64,000 bases of DNA from Lama guanicoe (Eukaryota): positions 865,379-929,378 of the forward strand of contig MU053754.1 in the NCBI GenBank assembly GCA_013239625.1. Direction: 5' to 3'. A program made the translations under genes and the position numbers. Every line of letters begins with the position of its first letter. The first letter of the stretch is position 1. Shown piece by piece: positions 1-14,218 of this stretch. The notes beneath the pieces were generated by a model. The model was not told the origin of the DNA and made no database searches. It was given only the letters and a program-made list of their open reading frames with translations.

Positions 1-1315
1 ACTGCGTCAGCTGCACACAGCCGTGCGACTGAGGGCCTGCTTACTGGGAGGCTGATGGACGGCAGGTCTGCAGGATGCTACTCTGACAGGAAGTGGATGA
101 ACAAGACTTGAGCGCTCTCTGCATTATTTCTTACTTGCACAAGGATCTACCGTTTCCTCAATATAAAAAATACAATCGCAGGCATTCCATGGAGGGAAGG
201 CAGAAGGATCGCAGAAGATGTACGTGAAGGCCTTTGGAGATTTTCCACACAGGTTAGGTAGTCTCGGGAGCTGGATGTGGTGTTTAGGATCTAAGGAGTA
301 ACTAGTCGAGGGCTGAGGAAGGTTCAAGAATCCTGCGTATTCCTGAGGAGAGAGAGTAGACAGCAGGACATGGTTGTGGCAGCTGGAAGGGATGTGTCCA
401 GGGCCTCCCACCGGTGACGCGGATACACGGACACAGTGTCGGCGCCCGGATGGAATAGGAGCCACCAGTGCTTGTCCTGGGTGTCAGCACCAGCACAAAA
501 ATGGAATCCCGTGTCCCAGGTCGCATTCTTTTACAGCTGCGGAAGCTGAAGTGTGGCTTCTGAGCCGAGCAAAACTGAAGTTAAGAAGGCAGCGGTGTGC
601 TGCCTGTTTGGAAAAACCAGCCCTAGGGTGGAGATGGTAATCCAGCGTGATTTTAAATCATGAAAAGCAGGGTTGGGGGAAAGGAGACAGGCATCGTAGA
701 CAGGCTGACTCATTTATGTTCAGTGACGTCTCACAGCCAGGGGTACTGCTCTGTTCCCGTCGTGGAGGCTCACACCTTTGGTCTCCTTTCCTAAGGAGCT
801 TTCCTTGGTAGAGGAGCCCTCGTCCTGGGGCGCTCAGGTCTGCCCCCTGTACTGATGCTGTAGCTTGTTCTCTTCCCGCACGTGGGCTCCGAGAGCAGGC
901 CCCCACTCTGACGGGACCCTTAGTCTCAGTGTAGCCTGCATGCGTCCCTCATGTTTGTTGTCCGGGAACATACCCTCTCTCTAACGTGGTTGCTTTCACC
1001 ACATGCATGCCCGCCTTTCTCCAAGGAGGAGACCAATAGCTGATTCTCTTTCCATGAATCAAAGCTCACAGGGGCTGCCGACATCAGACCCCACGGGATG
1101 CCCACCTGCTGCAGCTGCCCATGAAGAGGACATATGATGAGTCACTAAAGACCACTTGCTAGTTGCTTTAAGGTGAATGTTCAAGGATTCAGTAGTGAAG
1201 TTGCCATTTCCCTGTGGTCGATTTCTGCACATTCCCAGCTTCAGTACTGCTCAGCTCACCTAGGCAGGATCATGTCTGTATAAATGAAGGTTCAAGCAGG
1301 GAGCTCCTAGGACAG

Positions 1316-1660
1316 TAGATAGATGATGCTTGGGGGGTTGATGGATGTTGGTATAGATATGTAGATATGCTATAATTATGTGTAATATAAACCTCCAGAC
1401 AGAGATGGATACATATGGATGTAGTCTGTTGTGTGTAGATATAGATTGTATGAATGTTAAGCATATGTAGATTACTATCGTATCAATGTAGATACTAATT
1501 ATCTATAGATTATAGGTAGTGAAATGATAGGTAGACAGAGACAGGTACATTTATCTGTATTTGTCATCTAGCTAGCTAGCTATGGATAGGACAGAGAAAT
1601 AGGAGGGTGGATATTGACCTGTATCTATCTGTCTTCCTGTCTCTCTGCATCTATGTACCT
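1316..1660. repeat. Degenerate (TAGA)n/(TCTA)n low-complexity tract
   Basis: Recurrent TAGATAGAT, GTAGATAT and TATCTATCT motifs read directly. Confidence 0.8.
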
Positions 1661-1814
1661 CCCATCATTTGTGGAGAAATGGGCAAGTCTCAAGTCTGCA
1701 GGGCCCATCGGCAGGAAGGGCAGGCTGGAACTCACCACACTGTCCGGGGCTGCTGAATTTCCCCTTCTCTCGTGGAAGCCTCAGCCCTGCTCTTCCCACC
1801 CCTCCCCCACACCA

Positions 1815-2460
1815 GTTTTATCGAGGTGTAGCTGAGGAATAACAATTGTATATATTTGAGGCACACAGTGGAGACGACTTGATACCTTTATACTTTGTGA
1901 AATGATTACCATCAAGTTAACACACCCATCACCATACGTCGTTACCTTTTCGTGTGTACATCACCATACGTCGTTACCTTTTCGTGTGTACATCACCATA
2001 CGTCGTTACCTTTTTGTGTGTAGTGAGAATGTTTAAGATCTGCTCTGTCAGCAGATTGCAAATACTCAATGCAGTAGTATTAGCTACAGTCACCATGCCG
2101 TATGCTAGACCCCCAGAATCTCCTCGTCTTATAACTGAAAGTGGGCTCTCTCTGACCTGTGTCCCCCCATCCCCCCAGCCCCCGGAAGCCACCATTGTAG
2201 TCCCTGCTGCCATGAGTTTGATGTTCGTCAATTCTACGTATAAGCGACGTCATGCAGCGTTTGTCCTTCTGTGTGTGGCTCGTGTCACTTTGTGTAGTGT
2301 CCTCCAGGTCCATCTGCGTTCTTGCAGACGGCAAGATTGCCTTCCTTTATGTGGGTGTGTAGTGCTTAAGTGCATAGATACCATTCCTTCATCCGTTCAT
2401 CCATCCAGGGACATCTGGGCTGTGTCCTTATCTTGGCTCCTGTGACTAACACTGCGTGAA
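1815..2460 (-). mobile_element. L1 3' end (L1MA9-like), 5'-truncated
   Basis: TGTGAAATGATTACCATCAAGTTAA..GTGAGAATGTTTAAGATCT..TATTAGCTACAGTCACCATGC matches the antisense L1MA 3' UTR, continuing into ORF2-end-like sequence. Confidence 0.75.
1927..2022. repeat. Tandem repeat, 3 x 32 bp (CATCACCATACGTCGTTACCTTTTCGTGTGTA)
   Basis: Copies start at 1927, 1959 and 1991. The first two are identical and the third has a C>T change. Confidence 0.95.
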
Positions 2461-2894
2461 TGTGGATAGTGGATTTGGGAGTGGGGCAGCCCTGCAGCCG
2501 GAAGTCAGGCTGGTCCAGCTCCCTGGCATGGTCTCTCCCTCACTTGAAGTCCGCTGACTGCGGGCTTTAAGGACATGTTCATGGCAACGCCTGTAGGTGT
2601 GTTTGAGTAAGTAGATGCTGTAGCCTCGCCAAGCTGCCCCACCAGGAAGACCATCACAGAATCAAAGCAAGGAGGAGAGACACTTTACACTCCTTACAGT
2701 CATTGGTTACTTAATAACTCCTCCCCTTCCTTCTACAAGTGTGTTCAGAAGGATTTATGGGGATATGATTTCATGGGCCGATTTGGGGGCCCTCTCTGCA
2801 CTGATTCTGCTTCCTTAAGTCTGTTTTGGGGGAGGAGACAAACATTGCCATCTTTAACTAGCAATTAGGGAATCTGGGGCTGATGAAAATGCAC

Positions 2895-3257
2895 TGTTGT
2901 CTGCAAAAAACTGCTGTGAAGAGAGGCAAAATAATCAAGTGCTTACACAACACAGGTTTATTATGTCACACTTCTGCAGACCAGAAAATCCCAGATCCAG
3001 GCCCAGCATGGATTATGGGTGTCTGATGAGAGCTCTCTTCCTGGCGTGCAGATGGCCACCTTCCCACTGTGTCCTCACCTGGAGACGGAGACGCTGGTGT
3101 CTCTCGTTCTTCTTGTAAACTCCCCTTTTAGTAGCCCACCCATATGACCTCACTTAACATTTATCACCTCCTCACAGGTCTTGTGTCCAAATACAGTCAC
3201 CCTGGGGGTTCAAGCTTCCACATAGGGTACGGGGATCCCAGTTCAGGCCGTAGCAGC
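2895..3257 (-). mobile_element. MLT1 (ERVL-MaLR) solo LTR
   Basis: ..TTCCTGGCGTGCAGATGGCCACCTTC..TGTGTCCTCAC..TGACCTCACTTAAC..TCCAAATACAGTCAC.. is typical antisense MLT1A/B. Confidence 0.75.
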
Positions 3258-5649
3258 ATTGACATCTGCTCAGATTAGTCAGTACAGGAGTAACTCAACC
3301 AGAAGTCTTCCAAACAATAGATTTTGAAACTGCAGAGCTTAGTAAAGAAATGAATCTATGATGTAAATACATAGTATCAGAAAAAATTCCAAACACAGGA
3401 CTCCAAAGGCCAGATCTACCAGACCTTCCACCCAACCTTGTGCCGTGTGAACCTTGCCAAGCTGCGTAGTCTCTCTGAGCATACTTTGTTCTGAATATGG
3501 AGGTAAAAACACTTGCCCTCCTTTCCATAGGGGCTCACTTCTGGGGCACGGTGGCACGGTGACTGTCAGGAACTCTGAGGTGCTTTGTGGGCATCGGTGA
3601 CTTTTCCCACCGGTTTCAGCAAAAGAACAGTTGAGTGAGTGCTGGGAAATGCTTGTCCACATTGGAAACAGGGAAGGACATCGGGCCAGCATCTTCCGGG
3701 TCTACAGAAGCACTGCTGGTTTCCTTGCTCCACTGTTCTGCCAAGGGAAAACAAAGAACGAGGAAAAGATGGCTACTTAGTGTGAAGAAGGTCTTTTCCT
3801 TACAGACAGATCCTCGGACAGCTCTGGGCAGGCACCATCGATGGTAGAAGTTAGTGGTTAACCAGAAGGAAAAAAGAAAACCACAGTGAAGTTAAGGAAT
3901 AACTGAGAAAAAGTTAGGTTTATTGGGTAAACTGTTTACCCAGGACTTAGGTACTTAAACGCATTGGTTTCTTACTTTGCTTAAAGCCAGCGAATGGAGT
4001 GTTTCAGTACGTTTCGTCCTGACACTGTAATTTTAACGTTTTTCTTTAATAGAAAGTGCATTACTACCTGTATCTGTCGCTAAATGTGCAAAACATGAGA
4101 GTGTGAATAACCCCCTGGCGAGCACTGCTTTTCATCCAGTAGCAGCTTTGGAAAGAGCAGGAAAAGAGTGCTGGGGGGTAACCAGCTTCGTGGAGGATGG
4201 CTTTCACGTTCTAAACTTAGGAAATGAGTTCATGTCCTAGAACGTATTTCACTCAAAGTTGGATGTGTGAACCGTCTTCACCATTTTACCGTGAGGGATG
4301 CTTTTTGAAATGCATACGTGCAGTGTCTTACAGATTACAGATTTAGAGGAGAAAAGAGCCTTAAGTGTCACCGTCACCTTGGCGAGGAGGGATGGTGACA
4401 CCATGTGACATAGAACAAGGCCGAGCTGGTTTATTACTGTCTCTGGCTTCAAGAGCTTCACGTTCTCCAGAGTGTGTCAAAAAGTCCAGCCTTTCACCAG
4501 CTTAAAACACGATAAAACCCAGAATTTCCACGAGTCTCTAAAACACAATCAGGGTTGCTAACAGCCTATGTCAACAAGAGCAGAGAAAATCTTGGAACTG
4601 TAATGAAAAAGCTGGTTTTCTCCCCCAAAGAATTCTGTGGGAAAAAAAAATCTTACAAGAGAATTGGGTTGTTTTGTATATTTTTGTAGTGGCTGTGTTG
4701 ATCACTGATCCATTTGGGTCTTCTCCAAGCTCTCCCTTATTCTCAACGGCTTAAAACACATTAGCCCAGTCTTCACTAACGCGAGGACTGTGGTAAAATG
4801 AGCGACTCATTTCAGGGCTGTACAGTTAAGCTGGCCCACTTGCTACTATGTGAAAAGAAACTGAACCCCACTAGCAAAACCATCCAGTAAGCTTCATGAA
4901 ACACATTATTTATCCAAGTAAAATATAGCTCTCTAAAAAGGATCCGGTATATTGCCATTCTGTCTCATTTTGAGGGGAAAATCACTTTGATCAACATTTA
5001 TCAAGTTTCCAATGATGCAATCATTTAATTCGAATTTCTTCTGAATAGTCCAGAGCAGTAACCATTCATGGCACGGTCATTTAGGTATTCTCTTTCAAAT
5101 GTTAGATAAATCTTACCTATGGGCATACACTAGGCTGTGAAAATGCCACACTTCCTGCATTTGCCAGCCGCAGCACAGTGATTCCTTTACGAGATGCAGA
5201 CTACACATTGGACAGGAGTGCGGTAGGAAGATTACTGGAAGATCCAATAATATGTCAGGTTAAAATAAGGATACTTGTAGAGATGATGGAGAGAAAATGG
5301 GATGGTGGCCTGGAGTAAAAGGCTTGGTGTCCCCTGTGAGTTCTTGACTATCAGAGAGAACCCTGCAGCCATCCTTCTGACGCTTAGGGGCCCTTGAGCA
5401 CCCCTGGGTTGGTGTCTCCACCATGGCCTGAAGCCCGGAGGGAGCATCATTATTCACTGCCTTGAGGAGAGATGGTCCCACTCGGGGGAGCTGAAGTGGA
5501 CTTTCAGCTCCTGAGCCACTGAGCTCCACTTTGAAAATACAGCCTCCTTTTTATCACCTCCATCCTTCACATCTTCCCTCAGTTGGTGACTGAAAACAGC
5601 ATTCAGATATGCTCCACAGGGCGGTCAGTGGTTTAAGATGAAGTTAGAG

Positions 5650-6062
5650 CATCAATCACCCTTCCATCCAAAGCCTGCCAGCGGCGTCCCGTGTCCCCCA
5701 GAACTAAAGGCATCTTTGCAGTGGCCCTCGAGGCTCTAGGTGATGGATCCATGCCTCCCACTCAGCCCCGACCTCATCTCCTAGGATGTGCGTCCTGACT
5801 CACTCAGCTCACCTGCATGCTCTCCTTCCTTTTTAGTCGAGCAGCTCACTCCTGCCTCTGAGACGCTCCTGCTGCATCCCTCTGCCCAGAGCACTCTCTT
5901 CACGTTCCTGCGGGACTCACCCCTTAACATCCCTCAGGCCCAGGCTCAAATGTCATTTTATCAGCAAGAGATTTCCCTGGCTACCCTGTGGAAAACGACC
6001 ACCTCTCCTCCACTGAGCTCCATGTCCCGACGCACTCTGTAATTTCTCTCGTAGTCCTTGTC
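5650..6062. mobile_element. L2 LINE fragment
   Basis: Degenerate L2-type pyrimidine-rich motifs (CCTCTGCCCAGAGCACTCT..CTCAGG..CTCAAATGTCA..TTCCCTGGCTACCCT). Confidence 0.55.

Positions 6063-6064
<2 letters not shown>

Positions 6065-6094
<30 letters not shown>
6065..6094. repeat. (TG)15 microsatellite
   Basis: Direct reading. Confidence 0.95.
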
Positions 6095-6099
<5 letters not shown>

Positions 6100-6477
6100 C
6101 TTCTGAAAGGATCTCAAGGAGTTTGTAAGGGTCTGAATAAACAGGTGCCTCCACCCTGGTAGATGCTGGATGCAGTGGAGGGGATGGAGTTTTTCTGACC
6201 AAAGACCCAAAGGAATTTCTAGGAGATATTTGCATTTCCCTCACTTCACATATGGTACATTAAATAAGCAAAATAATTTTTAGATTGAGTTCTTAACCTC
6301 TATTTCAGATATCCCCAGGTGTTCAGGAAATTAATGAATATCACACTTAGGGACAAACATTCTTTGAAAGGAAAGACTGAATTAATGAAAGAAGAAAGTG
6401 CTACATTTAAAACATCAGGGCCCCCCAAAAACAGCTTGCCCTGATGGTTCTAAGACACACACACAAATGGACACAGC

Positions 6478-6722
6478 ATTATGGGCTTAATTGTGTCTCC
6501 CTAAAATTGCGGCTTAAGCCCAAACCTCCAGTGTCTCAGAAAGCGACCGTATTTGGAGAGAGGGTCTTTGAAGACGTAATTGGGTAAAGCGACGTCATTA
6601 GGCTGTTCCCTAATCCAGTAGGACTAGTGTCCTTATAAACAGCAGTGAGGACACAGAGAAAGACAGCAGGGGCGCGTGTGCACAGAGCATGGAAGGTCAC
6701 AGCCAGGAAACCTCCCCTCACC
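6478..6722 (+). mobile_element. MLT1 LTR fragment (5' part)
   Basis: TATGGGCTTAATTGTGTCTCCCTAAAATT..GACCGTATTTGGAGAGAGGGTCTTTGAAGA..CCCTAATCCAGTAGGACTAGTGTCCTTATAA resembles the MLT1B start. Confidence 0.75.
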
Positions 6723-7929
6723 AACACAGCAGGGCACTAAGTATGGGTGGCCTTGTTGCCACGCCGTTACACGTCTGATCTCATAAGGAGTCAGTGAGGC
6801 TGGCATTTTCATTGGCCCTTTTTATATGAGGAACCCAAGTGTAGGTCTCCCAGGGTCCCAGAGATGGTGAGACGCAAAGCTGGGAAGGAAACTGGCTTTA
6901 CTTTAACTCCACAGCCTTGACCCTGGCGCCATGCCATTGCCTTCTGATGATATTTGAGGGAAAAAGCAAAAACAAACAAAAGTCGCAGGTCGGGGACCCA
7001 GACAGACACGTGTTCGAATCTTGGCTGTGCTTCTTCTAAGGCAGTTTGACCCTCACACGGTCACCTCGTCTGACGTGCCTGCGCATGGGAAGCCCTCTGT
7101 ACCGTCTGCCTCTTTTAATATCAGCTTACTTTTGCTAAAATATTATGAGATGATGTCTCTATCTGCCAAGAGCCTTGCAGAATATACTTACCCAAAATCA
7201 TGTGGAACCCGAAACTATTGGCCGAGGGGAATTTTCCAGTGATGCTATTGCATTTTGCATCATTACTTACATGCTTTAAACTAGTTAAATTTGAATTGTT
7301 TTAGAATTTGAGCCTTTAGGTCAACTGGTGAAGCTTTCCGTAAATGTCATCATACACTGTAAAGTGGAGAAGATACTTATATTAAAGTGAATATCGGCCT
7401 ACCTATTTGAGACTTATAACGGCTGTTATGAATTTATTCTGGTCAGAATTACCCAACTTTGCAAATTCAGCACCTGATCTCCTATATACTATCAAAGGAC
7501 CATTTTCTTTCCTGAGAAAACTGTAAGATATATTAGAAAAGATAAGAGAGCTGTTACGGTCAGGTACAGTGTAATTCTACCGGGTAACATTGCCTTTGAA
7601 ACACTGCTATATTATGTGATCAGGGTAATCATTTTTGTAAAAGAAGATAGTTTCGCTTTTATGTTTCCAATCATTGCTATGCTTCTTAATGGCCTCAGGC
7701 TTCCTCTTTTTTCCTCAGTAAAGGGCGGAAAAGTGTATCTCTCTCCATTGTTTTGCTGAAATGCGTAACATATGAAAATGTGGATGTGAATGGGATTCTG
7801 GAGGGAAAAAAAATGAGCTAGGTTTTTGGCTCCTTTCCAAAAACTGCCTTCATATTGGTTTTTGTTAAAATGGAACATTTCATAACATGCTAGGTAAGGG
7901 AAAAATTAGAGTATTAAGAATTATCATCA

Positions 7930-9640
7930 TGTTTTAGGCATAACATACATAAACAGTGCACAGCTTTAAATGTGACTTTCACTGATACTCCACGTACAGA
8001 TGTACTTATTGTTACCAGCACTCTGGTCAAAACAGAGACATTTCCGAGACCCAGAAGTTTCCCACCTGCTCCTTCTTAGCCGGTATCATCCTGTTAGCTG
8101 GAAGCTGCCTCACTTTCACGTGTGCTCCCGTGGGTTGGTTCAGCCATCCCTAACCTGCAGAGGAGTGGGGTCAGATGGGGCACAGGGTTTAGCTTCTGGC
8201 TTTGTCTGCTCACCACTCCATCTGTGAGAGTCATTCCTGGTGTTGCGTGCAGCCATAGTCCACCCTGTTTGTTATTTCTTGGTAATATTTTTTGTGAAAA
8301 TGCACCATAATTTTTTTTTTCATCCACTGTATTGGTGATGGATATTTGGGTTGTTCCAGTTTGGGGCTGTCATGAGAAGAGGCACGATGAACACACTTGT
8401 ACTTCTGTTGGACCTGCATATCCCATTGTCTTCGTTTACACCTAGGAATGAACTCTGTGGGTATTTGTGGGGTACATAGGCACTTGACTTTAGTGGACAC
8501 TGCCAAACAGCTCTCCAAAGTGACTGGGGCAGTTCACACTCACCCAAGTAGCTTCACGGTCATGTCACTTACTTGAGGTTGTCAGTCTTTTTTTTTTTTT
8601 TTTTTTAAACAATTTCATTCATTCTAGTAGCTAGGTAGTGGTATGCATTCTTGCATTCTGGCTTTCATTTGTATTTTCCTGGTGAGTGATCATGTGAAGT
8701 AGCTTTTCCTGTGCTTTTTGACCATTTGGAAATCCTCATTTGCAGTGTCAGTTAAAGTCTTTTGAAAATGTTTAATTCAGTTGTCTTTTCGTATGGATTT
8801 GTAGGAGTTCTTTGTATAGTCTGGAAAGCGGTCCTTTTGGGACTATCATGTCCTTTCCTCCGTGTTATCCTTTAACTCTCCTACTGATGTCTGCTGATGA
8901 ACTAAGGCTCTTAATTTTAATTTAAAACAATTTATCAGTTTTCTGTTTTGTGCCTAGTGATTTTTGTATGCTGTTTAGAAGCTGTTGTACACCTTGAGTT
9001 CATAAACATAGTCTTCTGTTTTTTTCTTTACAACTTGTACTATATATGTTTTACAAATGGTCTGTGATTTATTTTATATGCATTTATTTCAGGTAGAGGT
9101 AAAGATTCCTTTTTCAAAAATACTAACATCCAGTTGAACTAAAATAACTGACTTAATCAATGATCTTTTCCTCTAATGAATTGCTATGGCACTTTTTCAT
9201 AAATACGTTGACTGTATCAGTGGGTCATCTAGATTCTGGATGGTTTTACATGGATCTTTGTTGTTCCTTTGTGCTTCTCTCTTGACTTCTGTGGCTTCAC
9301 TGTATGTCTTGATAGCTGGTAAATTATGCCCGTGACGTTTTCTCTTCTCTAAGATTACCTTGGCTAATCTAGGCCCTTTGACTGTCTCTCAGTTGCCACA
9401 AAAACCTTGGGGAAATATTGATAGCGATTGTGTTGAACCTATAAATCAAGCTGGGATGAATGGGTGCCTTAAAAATATTGAGTCCTGCAAGTCAATAAAC
9501 ATGATAAATTTCTCTATTTAGGTCCTCTTTAAATTCTCTCAGCATTTTGTGTTGTTTCCTGTGTGAAAGATCTCCCATAATTAGATTTACTAGTTGGTAT
9601 TTGGCACCTTTGGTGGTGCTGTAAATTATATGTGTGTGTA
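7930..9640 (-). mobile_element. Ancient L1 (L1ME/L1MB-like) 3' UTR and ORF2 remnant
   Basis: ..TGATGGATATTTGGGTTGTTCCAGTTTGGGGCTGT..TGCCAAACAGCTCTCCAAAGTG..GTGTTGAACCTATAAATCAAGCTGGGA.. are antisense L1 motifs. Confidence 0.7.
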
Positions 9641-10457
9641 TTTATTTGTTTGTTTCCTTGCATTTCAGTTTCACAGTCATCGTTTGTGTCATTTTCAGGT
9701 TCTCCTAAATCATGAAAAAAGGTTATGTGACCTTCACCTTTGATCAAGCTAGTAATAATTGAAGTAATTTTTCAACTCTTCCTTCACTGCACATTTATCA
9801 AGACAGACAGCATTCTACGTCCATCTTCCTAGCATCCCTGTTGTTTTTAAGCCTATTACAGATACAGCTATTTCTCAGTGACTTTTTATGACAGCCCCCA
9901 GCGAATCTTTTGTTGTATTTCATACCACTTCATCCACACAATTTAGCACAGCTCTGATCATAGCATTTTCTTATCAGGTCTTCTTAGCGTTCTCATATTT
10001 TTAATTGTCTCATTACTCCTATTTTTCCAGCTTTATGTCTGTCTCTTACTCTTTATGTGCTTCAGACGCCAAAGCAAACCATCCACCGTTACACAGCTTA
10101 GATGTGTAAAAGATGTGACCTTTGCTCAGGACACTTGATGCTTATGGAATCTTCATCCGTATCTGTTAGTTCTGTATCCCTCTCTCAAGAAATGTGTAGA
10201 TCACGATTTGATTTAAAATAAGATGTTTTATGAACCGTCAATTAAAGATAATTAAGTGCTTCATAGAAAGCAGGAACCGCTTTCTGGAATCACACAGCAC
10301 ACATTTTTCACTGTTCCCCAGAGACTACTCATTTAAGGAGCCATTTTCCCCAAAACGTCTTCTGACACTGTCCAGCCCACCTTTGAGTGCCTCATAGCAT
10401 TCTGCACAGTCTTTGGCTCACGGTCGATACTTAATACGTATACGCTGACTTAAATTT

Positions 10458-10565
10458 TTTTTAATTTATTTTTTATTGAAGTACAGTCAGTTACAATCTG
10501 TCAGTTTCTGGTGTACTGCACAGTGTCCCATTCATGCATATACATACATATATTGGTTTTCATAC
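10458..10565 (-). mobile_element. Short 5'-truncated L1 3' end (cetartiodactyl/camelid type)
   Basis: T-rich tail, then TTGAAGTACAGTCAGTTACAAT..TTTCTGGTGTAC. Candidate TSD TAAATTT at 10451-10457 and 10566-10572. Confidence 0.8.
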
Positions 10566-13500
10566 TAAATTTAATGTTGATAAATGCAGATGGAATACCA
10601 TCGTGCACCGGGCTACCTTTTCTGTCTGGGTTTGGCCAGCCATGGGTCCCTGAGCAAACCTTTTGAAGCCCTGAAACAAAAAATAGGCAGAACTCCATTC
10701 TGCTCTGGCTAGAGTATCATTGAAGAATTCTGAGCCTTCAGGTTTTTTTTTTAAAGCATATAATTTATGTGCATGATAAAACAGCCCTTTGTTTTCCCAA
10801 GTCCACATTCTTAATGCAGCCTGTCAAAGTGCATTCTCAGTAAATTGCTTTGATGAACATGCCAGACCAGTTAGTTTCTTTTAAGAGGAAGAGAAGAAAG
10901 AAGGGGTAAAAAAAAAACTTTGCAGGAGGAAAAAAAAAGAAAGTAAATAGAACAGGTCTAGACTTTACTGCATATTTTTACATCCAAGGTGGCAAATAAT
11001 TTGGCTTAACCTCTCATGAGCCAGGATTCTACCTCAAAATTTGCAATTCAAAAGGTCTGCTTTCGCCCCACATAAGCACCCATTAACAGGTCTCAAGCAT
11101 GCACGGACTTGACATAGTTTTAAATGTACAGCTGGGAAAGCAGTGCTCAGCTTGACAGCCCTGAGGTCTGGCACTTGGAGGTTCCATGCAGATCTCTTCT
11201 GTAGCGATACCCGCGGCAAGATCTCACCCGTGGGACTTCGAGGACTGGGTCCTGGATAGTTTTGAAACGCCTTTTCTGTATGCAGGACCTGGTGTAGCTA
11301 AGAGAACCCAGTAAAACTCACTGCATGTATTTTCCTAGAATATTTCAAAGAAAATTCTTAGTTTCCTGCCCCCCCCAGGGGTGGTGGTGGTGGTGGTCTC
11401 TGTGGCAGTGTTGGAAAACAGAGTAGCAGAGAGATGCATTTGCTGTCTCTGTACCCGCTGGAGCTTTGGATGAACTGAGACAGCCTCCCCCTTTTTGGCC
11501 TCATGAAATTCAGTTCTGGGGATGAAGACATATTGCATAGGTGACGCTAGCCTGTTCTTGACAGTGCCCTGCCTTCCAGTTGCTCCTTGGATGAAGGGGG
11601 ATCAGCTGGGGCAGTCTAGGGCCCTGGCTCCGAGCCCCCAGCCCCATACAGACTGACTCAACTCTGTCTGTTCCTTGCGTCGTTTCCAGCTTGTTACTTA
11701 AAGCCTCTTTGGTCACTGGCAGCCCATCCTTCCTGGGGGACTAGAGCCGTGGTTCACTCCTCACAGCCCCCAGTGCCTGGCGCAGGGAGACCTTGCCCCT
11801 GGGCACGTTCATATGGGTTCCTTCTTTTCTCTTCCCTGAGGTTAGAACTTTGCTTGCCGTGGGCCCTTATTCAAGGAAATTAAGGAAATTTGAGACCTTT
11901 TGCATCGATGTTCATTTCACAAGCAACCTGTGAGGGGATGGCAGCACCTGGTTCGTTATTTCTGAATATGCGTGTGTTACTGGGACGCGACGTGACTCTC
12001 CCTCGACCTGCAGTCTGAGTGGCTCTTGTTACAGTGATGTTAAGTCTAGACACAGTGCTGCCACAGAGCATCGTCCTGTGTCCCTCCACCAGGTTACTGG
12101 GGGACCCGGAGGGGTGCGGCCCCAGCTGGTGAAGGAGTCTGTGGCCCGCCCTCCACCCCCCCACACCTGGCCTGAGTCCGGGCCGCCTCCCTCCCTCCTT
12201 TGACATCACTGTCAAGTGGGGCTAATATTTACCTTCTCCGAGTTACGCTCTTGCGTGCTTCGCATACTCACGTTGGTATTTGCGACGTTCCTCAAGTTCC
12301 AGAGATTCCTGCACGAGCCTGAAGTGTGGCAAAGGACAATGGGCTTGGAGAGCTGTGTAAATGTGCAGCGTGGGGCACTTCAAAGCTGGGTCATAAGAGC
12401 ACTCGTCTCAGGCGATTCCAAAGCTTCCCTGTGCTTCCTTTTACAGCCATTTGCTCGGGCTTTGGTTGACGCATTGTGACTCAGTTAAGTTCCGGGAGTC
12501 TCTGATTGTTACAACTAAAAGGACGAAATAAGATTATGTTTAATATGGCTCCCATGTATTGATGCTTGATTTACTTGTGACCAGTGAAAAATCCTAAGTC
12601 TGATCTGCATTGGAATATAAAGCATTCATTCTTATCAGATAATACATACCTCTCCGTCTAAACCCTGTGGTTTCACGAAATCAGCTGAATTTTTCTCCTT
12701 GGGCAGAATATCTGAAAACAACATGGGACCTTAGCAAATCCAGTATGGCCAACATTTGGCTCAGCTCTCGTACTGAGACCTAAATTGTTCTCTGTTTTCA
12801 TTGTTCCATTTAAACGTGTTATTTCCCAGGTATTTAAACGTAAGCAGTATGATTATGTAAGTTGACAAAGTTTCACAAACATTCCCTTATCTTGGATATT
12901 TTTCCACCTCGCAGGAGGATTCATGAAAGTTTGGTTATGGGCTTAAGTAAAGAGTCATAATAAACAATCTGTTATTTTGTAGGTTTGTATCAAATGTCCC
13001 AAATCGTTTTAGTTACTCATAGAACAAACACTGAGCACTGATGTATTTGTCCCATGGAGGAGATGCTCTGTGAGACTCTGGCGAGGGAATTGCTGGGAAG
13101 TTTCTGGGCATTCCTGGGGACTGCATGCACCCTGATTTCATTTCTGTGTGGTTTTGTTTGTTGCTCCAAAATGTTACAATCAGGAGCCTAGTATTCAAGA
13201 AAGAAGATTTGGACAATGTCTATATTCTTGTGTGGATCATGTTAGACACCAAAAGATGCCTATGACAGTGGATTGCAGGCAATCTTGTGTGCAATTTATA
13301 CATATATGTAATTTATATAACTTTATTTACAGGTAACACATATAATCACACCATGTTGTACATGTGATGGTACATGATCTCATCTCTCTGTATAATATTA
13401 GCTTTATAGCAAAACAGACAAAACGGAAGACCACTGGTTATGAAAAGCCCACAGTGTTTCTGCCTGCAGCACCTCACTGAAAGCTCAGTGAGCCCCGGAT

Positions 13501-14218
13501 TTGTTCCCGTCAGCAGCCCACCTGCAAGGCCAGACTTCCCATCCTTCTGGAATCCTTGCTGCAGGCCCGGCGTTCCAGTTCTAGGCCACATCACTTGCCC
13601 TGAACGCAAGGAGGAAACGTTTCACCGAGTTTGGCTTAGCCTGTCAGACCCTCTCACTTCCGATATGAGTTAACGTGGACTCAAAAAGAAGAGAGATGAA
13701 TACAAAGCAGGTTCTCAGGGTGCCAGACCAACATCAGGCCTGGTTTAAAGCCAGAGAAAGAAGCTTTCTAACAGTGACTCTTCACGTTCTGACCCCTAAG
13801 TATGAGTGTCCAAAGAGGCAAAGGGCAGCTTCAAAGACTTGAATCAGTTCAGTCCCTGAAAAGGTTGAAATGGCCCTTGAAAAGTGATTATTCCAGTTCT
13901 TTTAAAGACTGGGGCTAAATTACCATTTGACATTTTAAATTATTCTTCAGGAAGGTAGTTGTAAATAATTGCCTAGCCATTTGTTATTTTTCTTATGTAG
14001 TCACTTCATCTTGAAACTGTAGAATGCTATCAGTGAGGAAAACTGTTTCAGGTAGAATAAAATCTGACTAATGGCCAAGATAGGGATAAATAATCATCCA
14101 CCCATGTTTTCGTTCTGTTCCTACGCCCCGTAATAGTCTGCATTTTAGGAGGTTATTCACTGTATTCTGCATCAGTCCAAAGGAAAAATGCAGGGGCTAT
14201 TCCGAGTGATGACATTAT

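Larger units (their letters stand above)
1273..2658 (-). mobile_element. MLT2-like (ERVL) solo LTR, interrupted by an expanded simple repeat and an L1 fragment
   Basis: MLT2-like blocks: ..GCTGAATTTCCCCTTCTCTCGTGGAAGCCTCAGCCCTGCTC.. (~1750-1795) and terminal ..AGCCTCGCCAAGCTGCC..ACCATCACA (to 2658). Internal TAGA/TCTA-rich tract typical of MLT2. Family from memory of consensus. Confidence 0.6.

Noticed and set aside
1927..2022. 32-bp repeats (and the 34-bp repeats at 62364) as CRISPR arrays
   Set aside because: They are head-to-tail with no spacers, there are no cas genes, and the context is eukaryotic.
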